From Burkholderiales bacterium (lineage in GTDB: Bacteria; Pseudomonadota; Gammaproteobacteria; Burkholderiales; SG8-41): DNA of 52,062 nucleotides. The notes beneath the pieces are model-generated. The model was not told the origin of the DNA. It did no database searches and was given only the letters and a program-made list of their open reading frames with translations. How positions within the stretch are numbered: the first letter of the stretch is position 1; every line of letters starts with the position of its first letter. The stretch is from assembly GCA_046597455.1 (NCBI GenBank), contig JBKJKJ010000337.1, forward strand, positions 1 to 52,062, read 5' to 3'. Positions 11,286-21,200 of the stretch are shown here, piece by piece. The position numbers and the translations under genes are program-made.

Positions 11286-12458
11286 TCAGAACGCGTACTC
11301 GGGCCCTTCGACATACTTGAAGCGCTCGAGTGCGTCGCTACGCAGGGTGTAGCCGAGGCCCGGCCGATCCGGCGCGTGCACCGAGCCATCGGGACGTACG
11401 TCGAAAGGCTCATTGAAAAGCTCGTACATCATGGGCATGTAGCCCTGGCTGACTTCGAGTATGTGACAGTTGGCCGCAGCCATCGCGACATGAATGCTGG
11501 CCGCGAACAGGATGCCGCTTCCCCAGGCGTGCGGCGCGAGCCGTATGTCGCGGGCCGAGGTGAGCGCTGCGATACGGCGGATTTCGGTGAAGCCGCCCGC
11601 GCGCGCGACGTCGGGCTGGGCGATGTCGATCGCGTTGTTCTGAAGCAGACTCTGAAAACCGTAGCGCGTGAATTCGCGCTCGCCTGACGCAATCGGAATG
11701 GTCGTGGCGCGCCGGACTTCCGCTTGGCCGGCATGATTCTCGGGGGACACCGGCTCTTCGAACCAGGCGATGTCGTAGCTCTCGAGCGCTCGGGCCAGCC
11801 TGATCGCGACGGGCACTTCCAGGGAGCCGTGGGCATCGACCATCAGCTCCACGCCGGGCCCGATCCCGCGCCTTGCCGCCTCCACGCGCCTCACGCATTT
11901 TTCGATCGAGAACCCGTCGCGCCCGACGACGCGCATTTTCACGGCCGAGAACCCTTTCGCCGCATAGCCGCCCAACTCGGCTTCGGCTTCGTCCCCCGGC
12001 GCCCAGCCGCCGCTGGCATAACCACGAACGTGACTTCGCACCGCGCCCAGAGCCTGATAGACGGGAATACCGAGCGCCTGCGCTTTCACATCCCAGATCG
12101 CGATGTCGATTCCCGCAATCGCCTCCATCACCATGCCGCTACGGCGGCTCACTTCGGGCTGCGGGACCCCGCGCTCGAGCGCCGGCTGGGCGCGCGAGCC
12201 GTTGTACATTTTTTCGTAAATGCGTTCGGAGAACAGCGGGTCTTCGCCGACCACCTCAGGCGCCAGCTCGTGCTCGACGATAGCCGAAACGACGGGCGGG
12301 CTGCCGAGTGCTGCGCCGATGCCCGTCAGCCCGCTGTCGGTCTCCACTAGAATGAGCGTCGCGTCGCTTTTGACTTTCGTTCCAAGGTCGGTGCGATGCT
12401 GGCGCTTCAGCGGTACCGGGTCGGACATCGGGATGGCACGTACGCGAACGATCTTCAC
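11286..12458 (-). CDS. Mandelate racemase/muconate lactonizing enzyme family protein (enolase superfamily)
   Basis: N-terminal capping domain ('LILVETDSGLTGIGA'). Barrel motifs 'FSAVKMRVG', 'LMVDAHGS', 'WFEEP', 'IASGE', 'DIAQPD'. Confidence 0.9.
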   Translation of the reverse strand: MKIVRVRAIPMSDPVPLKRQHRTDLGTKVKSDATLILVETDSGLTGIGAALGSPPVVSAIVEHELAPEVVGEDPLFSERIYEKMYNGSRAQPALERGVPQPEVSRRSGMVMEAIAGIDIAIWDVKAQALGIPVYQALGAVRSHVRGYASGGWAPGDEAEAELGGYAAKGFSAVKMRVVGRDGFSIEKCVRRVEAARRGIGPGVELMVDAHGSLEVPVAIRLARALESYDIAWFEEPVSPENHAGQAEVRRATTIPIASGEREFTRYGFQSLLQNNAIDIAQPDVARAGGFTEIRRIAALTSARDIRLAPHAWGSGILFAASIHVAMAAANCHILEVSQGYMPMMYELFNEPFDVRPDGSVHAPDRPGLGYTLRSDALERFKYVEGPEYAF

Positions 12459-12604
12459 GGCGACTCCTTCGGTTCGCGCATGTTATGCGCGCTATGGCGG
12501 CACGATCGGGACGCGTGCGTATCGAATCGAGCCGGCTTTCCCGTGAGCTTAATGAAACGCAATGACCTTGTCTGCAACCCGCCCCAACCCGCTGGAGACG
12601 TGAC

Positions 12605-13432
12605 GTGAATCTGGATTGCCGCGCATGTTTGATCTGGTGCGCATGGGTCGTGGGGTTCTTACCCGTCGGCGTTCTCGCCCAAACGGCCGATTCCCGGTAC
12701 GAGCCGACCATGGGGCAGCAGGGCAAGGACGTGGTGTGGATCCCCTCACCGCCGGGCATGGTCGAGATGATGCTCGACATGGCGCAGGTGAGCGATCGTG
12801 ATTTCGTCGTCGATCTGGGCTCGGGCGACGGACGCAACGTCATTGCCGCCGCGAAGCGCGGCGCGCGCGCCCGCGGTGTCGAATACAACCCGAAGCTGGT
12901 CGAGTTATCGAAACGAGCTGCAGTTGCGCAAGGCGTCGCCGACAAGGCGAGCTTCGTCCAGGGCGACATGTTCGAAGCCGACGTGTCGGACGCGAGTGTC
13001 CTCGTTCTGTTCCTCGTCCCCGACAATCTGCGCAAGCTGGCGCCGACGTTGTTCGACCTCAAGGCCGGTACGCGCATCGTCTCCAATACCTACGAGATCG
13101 GCGGCGGCTGGGAGCCGGACGAAAGCGCGAGCTTCAAGCCGTGCGCAAGCTGGTGCCTTGCGCACTTGTATGTCGTCCCCGCCAGAGTGGCCGGCACCTG
13201 GCGGTTGCCTCAAGGCGTGCTCACGCTGGAGCAGGCATTCCAGACAATCTGGGGGACGTACGAAATCGACGGTATCAGTCTGCCCGTGGACGGCGGACAA
13301 CTGCGGGGCGACGACATACATTTCACCATCAACACCGTCGTGTACTCCGGCCGCGTGAGCGGGGACTCGATGGCGGGGGTGACCCGAGGCCGCGCGAGCG
13401 GAACCTGGAGTGCGAAACGCTCGGACGAGTAG
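12605..13432 (+). CDS. Class I SAM-dependent methyltransferase-like protein with N-terminal signal-peptide-like segment
   Basis: Motif I 'VVDLGSGDGRNVIAAAKRGARARGVEYNP', then 'FVQGDMFEADVSDASVLVLFL'. The N-terminus 'CLIWCAWVVGFLPVGVLAQTA' is hydrophobic. GTG start. Confidence 0.75.
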   Translation: MNLDCRACLIWCAWVVGFLPVGVLAQTADSRYEPTMGQQGKDVVWIPSPPGMVEMMLDMAQVSDRDFVVDLGSGDGRNVIAAAKRGARARGVEYNPKLVELSKRAAVAQGVADKASFVQGDMFEADVSDASVLVLFLVPDNLRKLAPTLFDLKAGTRIVSNTYEIGGGWEPDESASFKPCASWCLAHLYVVPARVAGTWRLPQGVLTLEQAFQTIWGTYEIDGISLPVDGGQLRGDDIHFTINTVVYSGRVSGDSMAGVTRGRASGTWSAKRSDE

Positions 13433-13482
13433 CGACTGGCGTGAAGTGGCGACGCGCCGAGCCTGCAAGGCCGGCCGGACAC

Positions 13483-13512
13483 AAAAGGCGGCATGTTCCA
13501 GCGCCGCCTTTT
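13483..13512. terminator. Bidirectional hairpin between convergent genes
   Basis: Perfect inverted repeat AAAAGGCGGC (13483-13492) / GCCGCCTTTT (13503-13512) with A/T runs on both flanks. It lies between the stops at 13432 (+) and 13546 (-). Confidence 0.7.
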
Positions 13513-13545
13513 GCCGTCCGGGCTGCCGCCTTGCCGACCTGTCGC

Positions 13546-13869
13546 TCAGAGGCGGCCCGTTTCGTTCACCGAGTACGGAAACGGGGAAGACTGATTGCCC
13601 GCGATGCTCGGCGCAATGGACCACGCGGACCGCACGCGCGCGGGTTCGTAAGCGCTGTTCCCGGGCCCGTGTTCGATGGCTGCGCTCGGGAAGACGGGTC
13701 CCGTGGCGCCGCTCTTCGACGGGCCCGTCGCATTGCGGCCCATCTCGGTGTAAAGCGAGAGCGGAAACTCGTTCGCGGCGCTCGGGAAGGCCGACCCTGC
13801 CGCATTCACGGCGCCTGCGCCGAGCAGCAAGCCAGCCACGACCACACCTGCAATTCTGCGGTTCAACAT
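13546..13869 (-). CDS. Small secreted protein, unknown function
   Basis: 'MLNRRIAGVVVAGLLLGAGAVNAAGS' is a signal peptide. GGAGA lies 6 nt upstream of the ATG at 13869. Internal reiterated 'FPSAA' motifs. Confidence 0.55.
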   Translation of the reverse strand: MLNRRIAGVVVAGLLLGAGAVNAAGSAFPSAANEFPLSLYTEMGRNATGPSKSGATGPVFPSAAIEHGPGNSAYEPARVRSAWSIAPSIAGNQSSPFPYSVNETGRL

Positions 13870-14167
13870 GACAGTTCTCCATGAAAAAAATGTCGGTGCA
13901 TCGCGGGTTCGAGAAGACAAACCCTTTTCGACATCACCGTGCGCCTTAGACGCGGGAGAACGTCGTATCCTTACGGGGTAATTTCCTGTCTGCGAGCGTA
14001 AGGTTGAGGATTCCCGAACGACACTGCGCCTGTTCCGCGGCCGGAAAACGCCACCGTGACGCTCGCGTTACGCGCCCGCCGTGTATGCCTGGCGCGCCCT
14101 CGCCGAATTCGCGCGCGTCCCGAGCGCATGCGTACACGCACGCAACAAGCGCAACCGGGTTGGGCAC

Positions 14168-15889
14168 ATGACTTCAGCGCAGAACGATCGTTCCCGCGAA
14201 TCCGGGCCGTGGCATCCGGGTATCGAATCCCCGGTACCTCTCCGGCTGCGGCACCTGTGCACGATCTTCCGCCCGGAGAATGTCTACACCGTTTTCGACG
14301 AAGCCCGTGAGTTGCGCGGCGTGACCGGCCTCGATTACCCCGACCTGGTGGCTTTCCGCCCCGAGCGTCTCGCGCTGCACGAGCTTCTGATTCGCGTGAG
14401 CGCCGATTTCTCCGTCCCCGACGGCTCGCGCATCGAAGATCTCGGGATCAACTTCCGCCGCATCGCAGGCGACATCCTCCGGCGGGACGTCGAACCCCGG
14501 CGCGCCGCGATCGCATCATGCTATGACGACTGCCGGCACGCACTCGCGGAACTCATCGACGCGGAGTTGGCCGGCCTCTTCCCAGCGTTACACGCCGCGG
14601 GCGGCGCGGCGGGAATCGTGGACGCGTGGGAAGCGCGCGCGATCTCGGAGACCGCCCCCATGCGCCGAAGCGCCTGCCGCGCCCTCGCGAAAGTCGTTTC
14701 CGCCATCCTCGTGCGTCATGGCCGCATCTGGGGCACACCCGACCTGACTGCAGCCATCGCGGTCACCCTCGCGTGCAACGAGTTCGCCAGCGACGAGATC
14801 GGCCGCACGATCGAGCCGTGGGTGATGCATTCCGTCGCCGAAGGGCGCTACACCCTGCTCCCCCGCCAGGAGAAACCCGTGGTCATGAACACCAAGGGTG
14901 CATCCGCTTCGGGGAAGAGCACGCTCAGGCCGCTTCAGAAGAGGCTCGCGGGCGACATCGGGACGCGCTGGAGCGAGTTCGCGCTGATCAGTCCCGATAT
15001 CTGGCGCAAACAATTACTGGATTATGAAGCCCTCGGTCCAGCCTACAAGTACGCCGGGGCTTTCACCGGAGACGAGTTGCAGATCGTGGATCAGAAGCTC
15101 GATCACTACATGGCACGCAAGGCGGAGCGCGGGGATATGTCGCATCTGCTGATCGACCGCTTCCGCTTCGACAGCTTCGCGCCCGACTCCGATGTCGCCG
15201 GCAGCAATCTGCTGACCCGCTTCGGACAGATCGTGTATCTGTTCTTCATGATCACGCCACCGGGCTCGCTCGTCGAGCGCGCGTGGAGCCGCGGCCTCGA
15301 CGTGGGCCGCTACAAGGCCGTCGACGATACGCTTGCGCACAGCGTCGAAGCGTACTCGGGCATGCCCCAGCTTTTTTTCACGTGGGTCCAGCGCCGCGAC
15401 AAGCGGGTGCATTTCGAATTCCTCGACAATACCGTGCCGCTGGGCGAGCGTCCGCGCACCGTCGCGTTCGGATGGAATGAAACCATGACCGTGCTCGACG
15501 TGAAGTGCCTGCTCGATGTCGAGCGCTACCGCAGGGTCGACACCAGCGCGACCTCGCCGGACGCACTCTTCCGCGATCGAGGCCTGCTGGCTGCGGCTAA
15601 CAACACCGGTTTTCTGCGCGAGTGCGTCGAGCGCATTCGAGAGGTGAATTTCGCAGAGCAGGCCTCCGGGCGCGTTTACCTGCGACTGGTGTCAGGCGCG
15701 CCCGTGTGGGTCGATGAGAAAGGGCTTGCCCGGGCGGCGGCGGATCCCGACACGCGTGCGGGCCTCATGGCAACGGCCCCCGCCGTGTTCTCGGGCGAGC
15801 TTGCCGGGATCGGCGGGGTGAACTTTCCCCTGGACCTGGTTTCAACTGAAGGCCTGCACACCGTCGGCCGCTGGGCCTCGGATGCCTAG
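14168..15889 (+). CDS. P-loop NTPase/kinase-like protein (zeta-toxin/AAA_33-like core) with a roughly 270-aa N-terminal region of unknown function
   Basis: Walker A 'GASASGKST' and Walker B-like 'HLLIDRFRFD'. Long GC3-rich ORF. Start is uncertain: ATG 14168 versus GTG 14081, with no clear SD for either. Confidence 0.7.
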   Translation: MTSAQNDRSRESGPWHPGIESPVPLRLRHLCTIFRPENVYTVFDEARELRGVTGLDYPDLVAFRPERLALHELLIRVSADFSVPDGSRIEDLGINFRRIAGDILRRDVEPRRAAIASCYDDCRHALAELIDAELAGLFPALHAAGGAAGIVDAWEARAISETAPMRRSACRALAKVVSAILVRHGRIWGTPDLTAAIAVTLACNEFASDEIGRTIEPWVMHSVAEGRYTLLPRQEKPVVMNTKGASASGKSTLRPLQKRLAGDIGTRWSEFALISPDIWRKQLLDYEALGPAYKYAGAFTGDELQIVDQKLDHYMARKAERGDMSHLLIDRFRFDSFAPDSDVAGSNLLTRFGQIVYLFFMITPPGSLVERAWSRGLDVGRYKAVDDTLAHSVEAYSGMPQLFFTWVQRRDKRVHFEFLDNTVPLGERPRTVAFGWNETMTVLDVKCLLDVERYRRVDTSATSPDALFRDRGLLAAANNTGFLRECVERIREVNFAEQASGRVYLRLVSGAPVWVDEKGLARAAADPDTRAGLMATAPAVFSGELAGIGGVNFPLDLVSTEGLHTVGRWASDA

Positions 15890-15950
15890 CGGGTATGAGA
15901 TGATTCCGGTCGCTGGAAAAGCCGGTTGCACAATCAGAGGAGAACAATAC

Positions 15951-16919
15951 ATGTTACGTTTGTTGGCGATATGCCTGCTGGGCGCGGTCGCACCCTGGGC
16001 GGGCGCGCAGGGAGATTACCCGTCCAAACCCATTCAGATGGTCGTGCCTTTCCCGCCGGGCGGCGTGGCCGACATCACCGGCCGGCCGACCGCGCTGGTG
16101 ATGAGCAAGCTGCTCAAGCAGCCGATCGTGATCGTGAACAAATCCGGCGCCGGAGGCGCCATAGGCATGGCGACCGTCGCGAAAGGCCGCTCGGACGGCT
16201 ACACGATGCTGATGGCGCTGTCGTCGATTTCGGTGATACCGGTCGCCGAGCGCCTGCAGGGACGCACGCCGCCCTACGAGTTGAAGGAACTCACGCCGAT
16301 CGCGCTCATCAGCTCGGATCCGACGGTGCTCGTGGTGCGCGCCGACGGCCCGTACAAAACCATCAAGGATTTTGTCGCCGCTGCCAAAGCGCAGCCGGGC
16401 AAGATCAATTACGCCTCGTCAGGCGTTTACGGCACGCTTCACGTCGCGATGGAAATCTTCGCGCACGCGGCCGGCGTGGCGCTCTTCCACATCCCTTATC
16501 AGGGTGGAGGGCCAGCCGTAGCGGCGCTGCTCGGCGGGCAGGTCGAAGCGCTCGCTTCCGGTCCCGCTGCGGCGATCTCCCAGATCAAAGGCGGCAAAAT
16601 GCGCGCGCTCGCGGTGTGGGGCGACAAACGCCTCGCTTCACTTCCTGAGGTGCCGAGCATGAAAGAGCTCGGCTACAACGCCGAGTTCTATATCTGGTCC
16701 GGATTGTTCGTGCCGGCGGCGACACCTGCGCCGATCAGGCAGAAACTGCGCGACACCGTTCGCCAGACGGTGAGCGATCCCGAGTTCAAGGACGCGATGG
16801 CGAAAATCGAGACGCCAATTGCCTATCTCGACGCACCGGAATTCCAGAAATTTCTGGACCGCGACGCGAAGCGCCTCGAGAGCGCCGTCATGCGCATGGG
16901 CAAGGTCGAACAGAAGTAA
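15951..16919 (+). CDS. Bug/TctC-family substrate-binding protein
   Basis: 'MLRLLAICLLGAVAPWAGAQGDYPSKPIQMVVPFPPGGVAD'. AGAGGAGAA upstream of the ATG at 15951. Confidence 0.92.
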   Translation: MLRLLAICLLGAVAPWAGAQGDYPSKPIQMVVPFPPGGVADITGRPTALVMSKLLKQPIVIVNKSGAGGAIGMATVAKGRSDGYTMLMALSSISVIPVAERLQGRTPPYELKELTPIALISSDPTVLVVRADGPYKTIKDFVAAAKAQPGKINYASSGVYGTLHVAMEIFAHAAGVALFHIPYQGGGPAVAALLGGQVEALASGPAAAISQIKGGKMRALAVWGDKRLASLPEVPSMKELGYNAEFYIWSGLFVPAATPAPIRQKLRDTVRQTVSDPEFKDAMAKIETPIAYLDAPEFQKFLDRDAKRLESAVMRMGKVEQK

Positions 16920-17388
16920 CGCGCGTCGCATTCGGGACCGCCTGCTGACTCACCTGTCCGCATTCGGACCCGGCGAGCGAGATCAAACGCGTCGGCGGCA
17001 CAGTGGCTACTCAGCGCAGAGCAGCGCCCGCCAACAAACGCGATAGATCGTTGAGGCGACAGGGAATTTACTTGCCAAATACCCCTCACGGCCTCATACT
17101 TGCCCGTCAATTGGTTGTCGGTCGTCGGTCTCTCGTTGGTTTTCGGTGGTCTCTCCACCTGTGCCAGGTGTATTCCGCTGGTTTTTCCGATCATCGTTTG
17201 ATGCCCGTCCGTTTGAATAGAGGGCCCGGCGCGCGGCGCTTCGCGTCTTCGCGTTCGATGAAGTCGATCTGATTGCTGTCCGAGTGGCGTGGCTACCGCT
17301 CGCACTTCCTGAATTCAGTTCACCGCAGTTACAGCGGCGGTTAAGTCGGCATCAGCCACGCCGATTTCAGCCGCGACGAGGCGTTTAT

Positions 17389-17655
17389 ATGGCAAAAGAA
17401 GAAATAGTCGAGCTCGAAGGGGTCGTGGACGAAGTGCTTCCGAATACAATTTTTCGCGTGAAGCTCACGAATGGCCACGAAATCACGGCCTACGCTTCAG
17501 GCAAGATGCGCAAGCACCGCATCCGCATACTCGCAGGCGACCGGGTGACGCTCGAAATGTCCCCTTATGATTTGAGCAAAGGCCGAATCTCGTTTCGTCA
17601 CAAAGACGAGCGCGCCGCGCCGATGGGCCGCCCCGCGCAATATCGTAGAGGTTGA
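17389..17655 (+). CDS. infA: Translation initiation factor IF-1 paralog with C-terminal extension
   Basis: '[70 protein letters not shown]' is the IF-1 S1-fold sequence. An extra tail follows: '[18 protein letters not shown]'. Confidence 0.92.
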   Translation: MAKEEIVELEGVVDEVLPNTIFRVKLTNGHEITAYASGKMRKHRIRILAGDRVTLEMSPYDLSKGRISFRHKDERAAPMGRPAQYRRG

Positions 17656-17996
17656 TGGTCGCTGGCCGGCGCAGGTTATCCCGCACGGCATGCGCCTTGG
17701 CGAAGCGGGCCGACTCACCACCCCCACTGACACCCATCCTACCGCCTGAACTCGGGATAGCCCAAGCGTCGCGCCGTGTCCCGGCCGCAGACTCGAATAC
17801 AAACGCAGCATCACGCCCGACGTGAATCCTGCGCGCCCGCACCATTCCACTTAAAGATCCAACGCGCGCAAGCAGTGGCCCGGTAACACCGTGCTGCTGC
17901 GTGTCCGACGTCAGCCGCGCCTGTTGAACACACGACGACTCGAGGCTAAGGGAAGAAGCGACCGCCCTTCCCCCGCCTCGACGATCGCAGTGGCGA

Positions 17997-18269
17997 TCAG
18001 GACGTGATTCGACCCACGACGATCCCGACCACGAAAGCCATCACCAGCGACTTCAGCGGGTTGGCTGCGACGTAATCGCACGTCGCTTTGAGCTCATCCT
18101 GCACATACGACTGCTTGTCTTCCAGCCAGCGCGCGGCAGGCGCTGTCGAGCTCACCGCTTTGTCGACCAGACCGTGCGCTGCGGATGCGGCGCTGTCCAG
18201 AACGCGCGAAGGGATGGGCGTGGCGGACGTTGTGGGGGTGCTCGAATTGTTCTCGGGTACAGCTGCCAT
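17997..18269 (-). CDS. DUF883/ElaB-YqjD-like C-tail-anchored membrane protein
   Basis: C-terminal 'NPLKSLVMAFVVGIVVGRI' anchor after a helical soluble part. GGAGA lies 7 nt upstream of the ATG at 18269. Confidence 0.65.
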   Translation of the reverse strand: MAAVPENNSSTPTTSATPIPSRVLDSAASAAHGLVDKAVSSTAPAARWLEDKQSYVQDELKATCDYVAANPLKSLVMAFVVGIVVGRITS

Positions 18270-18454
18270 GTCAAAATCTCCGGATAGGTTGATGACGACC
18301 CGCTTCGGTCGAAGCGTTTTGCTGATGCAAGCCCGAGGCCCACAGCAAATCCGAAGAGGCTCATCACGAAACGGCCGGAGTGGCACGCGCGTTGCATACA
18401 CAGGTCAAGACTTACCGGATTGCCCGGATAAGCTCGCGACAACAGAGATCAGGG

Positions 18455-18691
18455 ATGCATACGCTACGCCGCATTTTCGTTCTACCGACGCGCAACACGC
18501 TCGCGACGATCCGCACCTCGAAAGCCATTGCACTCCTGCTCGTCATCATAATCCCCGGCGGTTTGATGTTGCCGATCTGCTACGGACTTTATGGTGCGAT
18601 CCGCCATACCCTGTCGAACAAGGCCTCGCCGCGCACAGCGGGATCGCAGGACGTGGCTCATCCCGTAAACGACGCACAGGCGCCCCGATAA
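18455..18691 (+). CDS. Small hypothetical membrane protein
   Basis: One TM segment, 'AIALLLVIIIPGGLMLPICYGLYGAI'. Weak SD. Divergent from the DUF883 gene. Confidence 0.3.
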   Translation: MHTLRRIFVLPTRNTLATIRTSKAIALLLVIIIPGGLMLPICYGLYGAIRHTLSNKASPRTAGSQDVAHPVNDAQAPR

Positions 18692-18793
18692 GCGGCACGT
18701 CCGCGGGACCCGAGCTTCGGCGTCTCTAGTTAGCTCGCGATGCCCTCGGCTGCGTCCTGGAGCCCTCTCCGGTGCAGCCCGTTGCTGCCGAGA

Positions 18794-19804
18794 TCAACGC
18801 GTCGGCGTCAGCACCTCGTGCACGCCCGAAAACGCAGCGCCCGCTTGAGGGCCACCTGAGAGCACATGGATTGCACCCCCGAGCACGGCGGCACCGAGAC
18901 CGTGTCGAGCGGTCGGCATGGGCGCCATCGCTTCCCAACGCAGCGTTCGAGGATCGAAGCGCTCGGCCTGGCTGAATGTCCTGTGCACCGGCGCGTAAGC
19001 CTCCCCGCCGAAAACGTAAAGCCGTCCGTCGAGTCCGGCGGCAGCAATTCCGCTGCGCCCGGTCGGCAACGGTGGCGCGCTGCGCCAGGTATCGGTTGCG
19101 GGCTCGTAAATCTCGTGCGTGCTCATCGTGAAATCGTTACCGACCCGCCCACCCACTGCATGGATGCGTCCATTGATTACGGCTGCCGCCAGATGATTGC
19201 GCGGCGTGGGCAACGGTGCAAGACGCTTCCAGGTGTTCGACGCCGGATCGTACGCTTCGTGCGTGCCCACGGATGCGTGATCGCTGCCGACCCGATGTTC
19301 GCGGCTGTCCAGCTGGGGGGCACCGTCGGCGTGGCCGCCCAGCGCATGGATGCGACCGTTGAGCGCGACGATCGCATGAGCCGCGCGCGGAGTCGGCATC
19401 GCGGCGCCGGCACTCCAGCGCTGAGCGGCGATGTCGTAGACCTGCACCGCTCCGGTGGGATCGCGATTGACGCCGCGCCAGCCGCCGACGATATAAATCC
19501 TCCCGGCGAGATGGGCCACCGCGGAATGGTTGATCCCTTCCGGAATCAGCGACGGCGACGACCAGCGGTCGGTCTCCGGATCGTAGACCTGCATCGCTCG
19601 CGGCATCGAGAGACCCGGAGCATACCCGCCCACCAGAAAGATCCGCCGCCCGTCACTGGTGGCGCAGACCTCGGTACGCGACTCAGGTAAAGGCGCGCGA
19701 CTCACCCACGCACCGTTTGCGATCGCAGGCATCTGTGCCGCTGCGGCCCATGACGACGCGAGTAACAGTATCAGCGTCGACGTTACCTTTCCCAGCCGCT
19801 TCAT
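18794..19804 (-). CDS. Kelch-repeat beta-propeller protein, secreted (NanM/galactose-oxidase-like fold)
   Basis: Signal peptide 'MKRLGKVTSTLILLLASSWAAAAQ'. Six reiterated 'G(R)I(Y/H)xxGG...W' kelch units. The track ORF to 20215 is over-extended through GC3-poor sequence. Confidence 0.85.
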   Translation of the reverse strand: MKRLGKVTSTLILLLASSWAAAAQMPAIANGAWVSRAPLPESRTEVCATSDGRRIFLVGGYAPGLSMPRAMQVYDPETDRWSSPSLIPEGINHSAVAHLAGRIYIVGGWRGVNRDPTGAVQVYDIAAQRWSAGAAMPTPRAAHAIVALNGRIHALGGHADGAPQLDSREHRVGSDHASVGTHEAYDPASNTWKRLAPLPTPRNHLAAAVINGRIHAVGGRVGNDFTMSTHEIYEPATDTWRSAPPLPTGRSGIAAAGLDGRLYVFGGEAYAPVHRTFSQAERFDPRTLRWEAMAPMPTARHGLGAAVLGGAIHVLSGGPQAGAAFSGVHEVLTPTR

Positions 19805-19936
19805 TGGGTCTCGATGTTGCTTAGCGACATTCCGATGGACAATGTCTGTGTTCTTTCGCATGACCGGCGGCCCGCCGGCGTGGATAGGCATGATACCCGC
19901 CCTGCGCAGGTTAACGCGCGGCTGCAACGCTCGGAG

Positions 19937-20152
19937 ATGAATGCCGTGGATCAGGACCACACGCCCGAAAGACGAAGCAACTGGAATTTCGTGATCACCG
20001 ACACGGGCTGGCTCTGGACGATCACCCGTCCGGACGGCGCGGAGGAGCGATCCGACAAAATCTTTCCCACGCTTGCCGAGTGCGCCGACAACGCGGTCCT
20101 GCATGGCTATGGCGCATGGAAACAGGACGAGCGCCGCCGGATGGATTTCTGA
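19937..20152 (+). CDS. Small hypothetical protein
   Basis: 'NWNFVITDTGWLWTITRPDGAEERSDKIFPTLAECADNAVLHGYGAW' looks protein-like, but the start and SD are unclear. Confidence 0.3.
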   Translation: MNAVDQDHTPERRSNWNFVITDTGWLWTITRPDGAEERSDKIFPTLAECADNAVLHGYGAWKQDERRRMDF

Positions 20153-20163
20153 TCCCGAGCTCG

Positions 20164-21174
20164 CTAAACCTTCGCGCCGACCTCGTTCTCCAGCCGCTGA
20201 CCGGCCAGCCAGCATTCCAGATTCCGCAGGAAGATCTCGACACCGCGTCCCGAATTGCCGATCGACGCCGAGCAGTTGTGCGGCGTGACGATTACGTTGG
20301 GCATATCCCAGAGCGGCGACTCGGGGGGTAAGGGCTCGATCGAGAATACGTCGAGATAGGCGCCCCCCAGCGCGCCCCGCTCCAGCGCAGCGACCAGAGC
20401 CGCTTCGTCAATGATCTCTCCGCGCGCCACGTTGATCACCCTCGATTCAAGCGGAAGCAGATCGAGGCGCCTCGCATCGATCAATCCGCGCGTCGTCCCG
20501 GTCAGCGGACACGCGATGACGAGCCATTGCGCGTGCGGCAATACTTCGTCAATACGCTCGTACGTTGAGACGACATCGAAATGCTCGGTCGGCGCGGTGC
20601 TGCGCCGGATGCCGACGGTACGCACGCCCATCATCTGGAGCAGGCGGGCGATGTTTTTTCCGATCGGGCCTGTGCCGACGACGACGGCCGTCTGACCGCG
20701 CAGGTCGCGAGGCAGGTTCGGCGAAATCAGCGGCGACCATACGCGATTGCGTTGCGCCGACATCCAGTGCGCCGTGCCGCGCGCGAACGAGAGCACGGCC
20801 CACAGCACCGTTTGCGCCATCGGCTCAGCGTTCGATCCCGAAGAGGTGGTCACGCGCACGCCCCGCTGCAGCGAAGGCTGATAAAACGAAAGGTCAGCGC
20901 CCGCTGAGGTCACCTGCAGCCACCGCAGGCCCGGCGCCTGGTCGACGCATTCGAAGAATGCCTGTGTTGCGACATTCACCCTCGTCTTGTCGCAGCCTTC
21001 CCACACGTCGCGCGAATAGAAAGCGATTTGTAAGTTGCGTGCATCATCGGCGCGTGGCGTCGCGCCAGGTGAGGACACGACGATATCCACGGCCCGCCCC
21101 GCGCGATCGAAGATTTCCCGAATGCGCGCCCCGCAGGCATCGGCAACGGTTCTCGAGACGAGAACCCCCGTCAT
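20164..21174 (-). CDS. D-isomer-specific 2-hydroxyacid dehydrogenase family protein (NAD-binding)
   Basis: 'VVVGTGPIGKNIARLL' Rossmann motif, 'INVARGEIIDEAAL', 'LDVFSIEPLP...PNVIVTPH'. An alternative GTG start at 21204 overlaps the upstream stop. Confidence 0.88.
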   Translation of the reverse strand: MTGVLVSRTVADACGARIREIFDRAGRAVDIVVSSPGATPRADDARNLQIAFYSRDVWEGCDKTRVNVATQAFFECVDQAPGLRWLQVTSAGADLSFYQPSLQRGVRVTTSSGSNAEPMAQTVLWAVLSFARGTAHWMSAQRNRVWSPLISPNLPRDLRGQTAVVVGTGPIGKNIARLLQMMGVRTVGIRRSTAPTEHFDVVSTYERIDEVLPHAQWLVIACPLTGTTRGLIDARRLDLLPLESRVINVARGEIIDEAALVAALERGALGGAYLDVFSIEPLPPESPLWDMPNVIVTPHNCSASIGNSGRGVEIFLRNLECWLAGQRLENEVGAKV

Positions 21175-21200
21175 GATCTGCTTCGCCTCACGCGCCGAAA

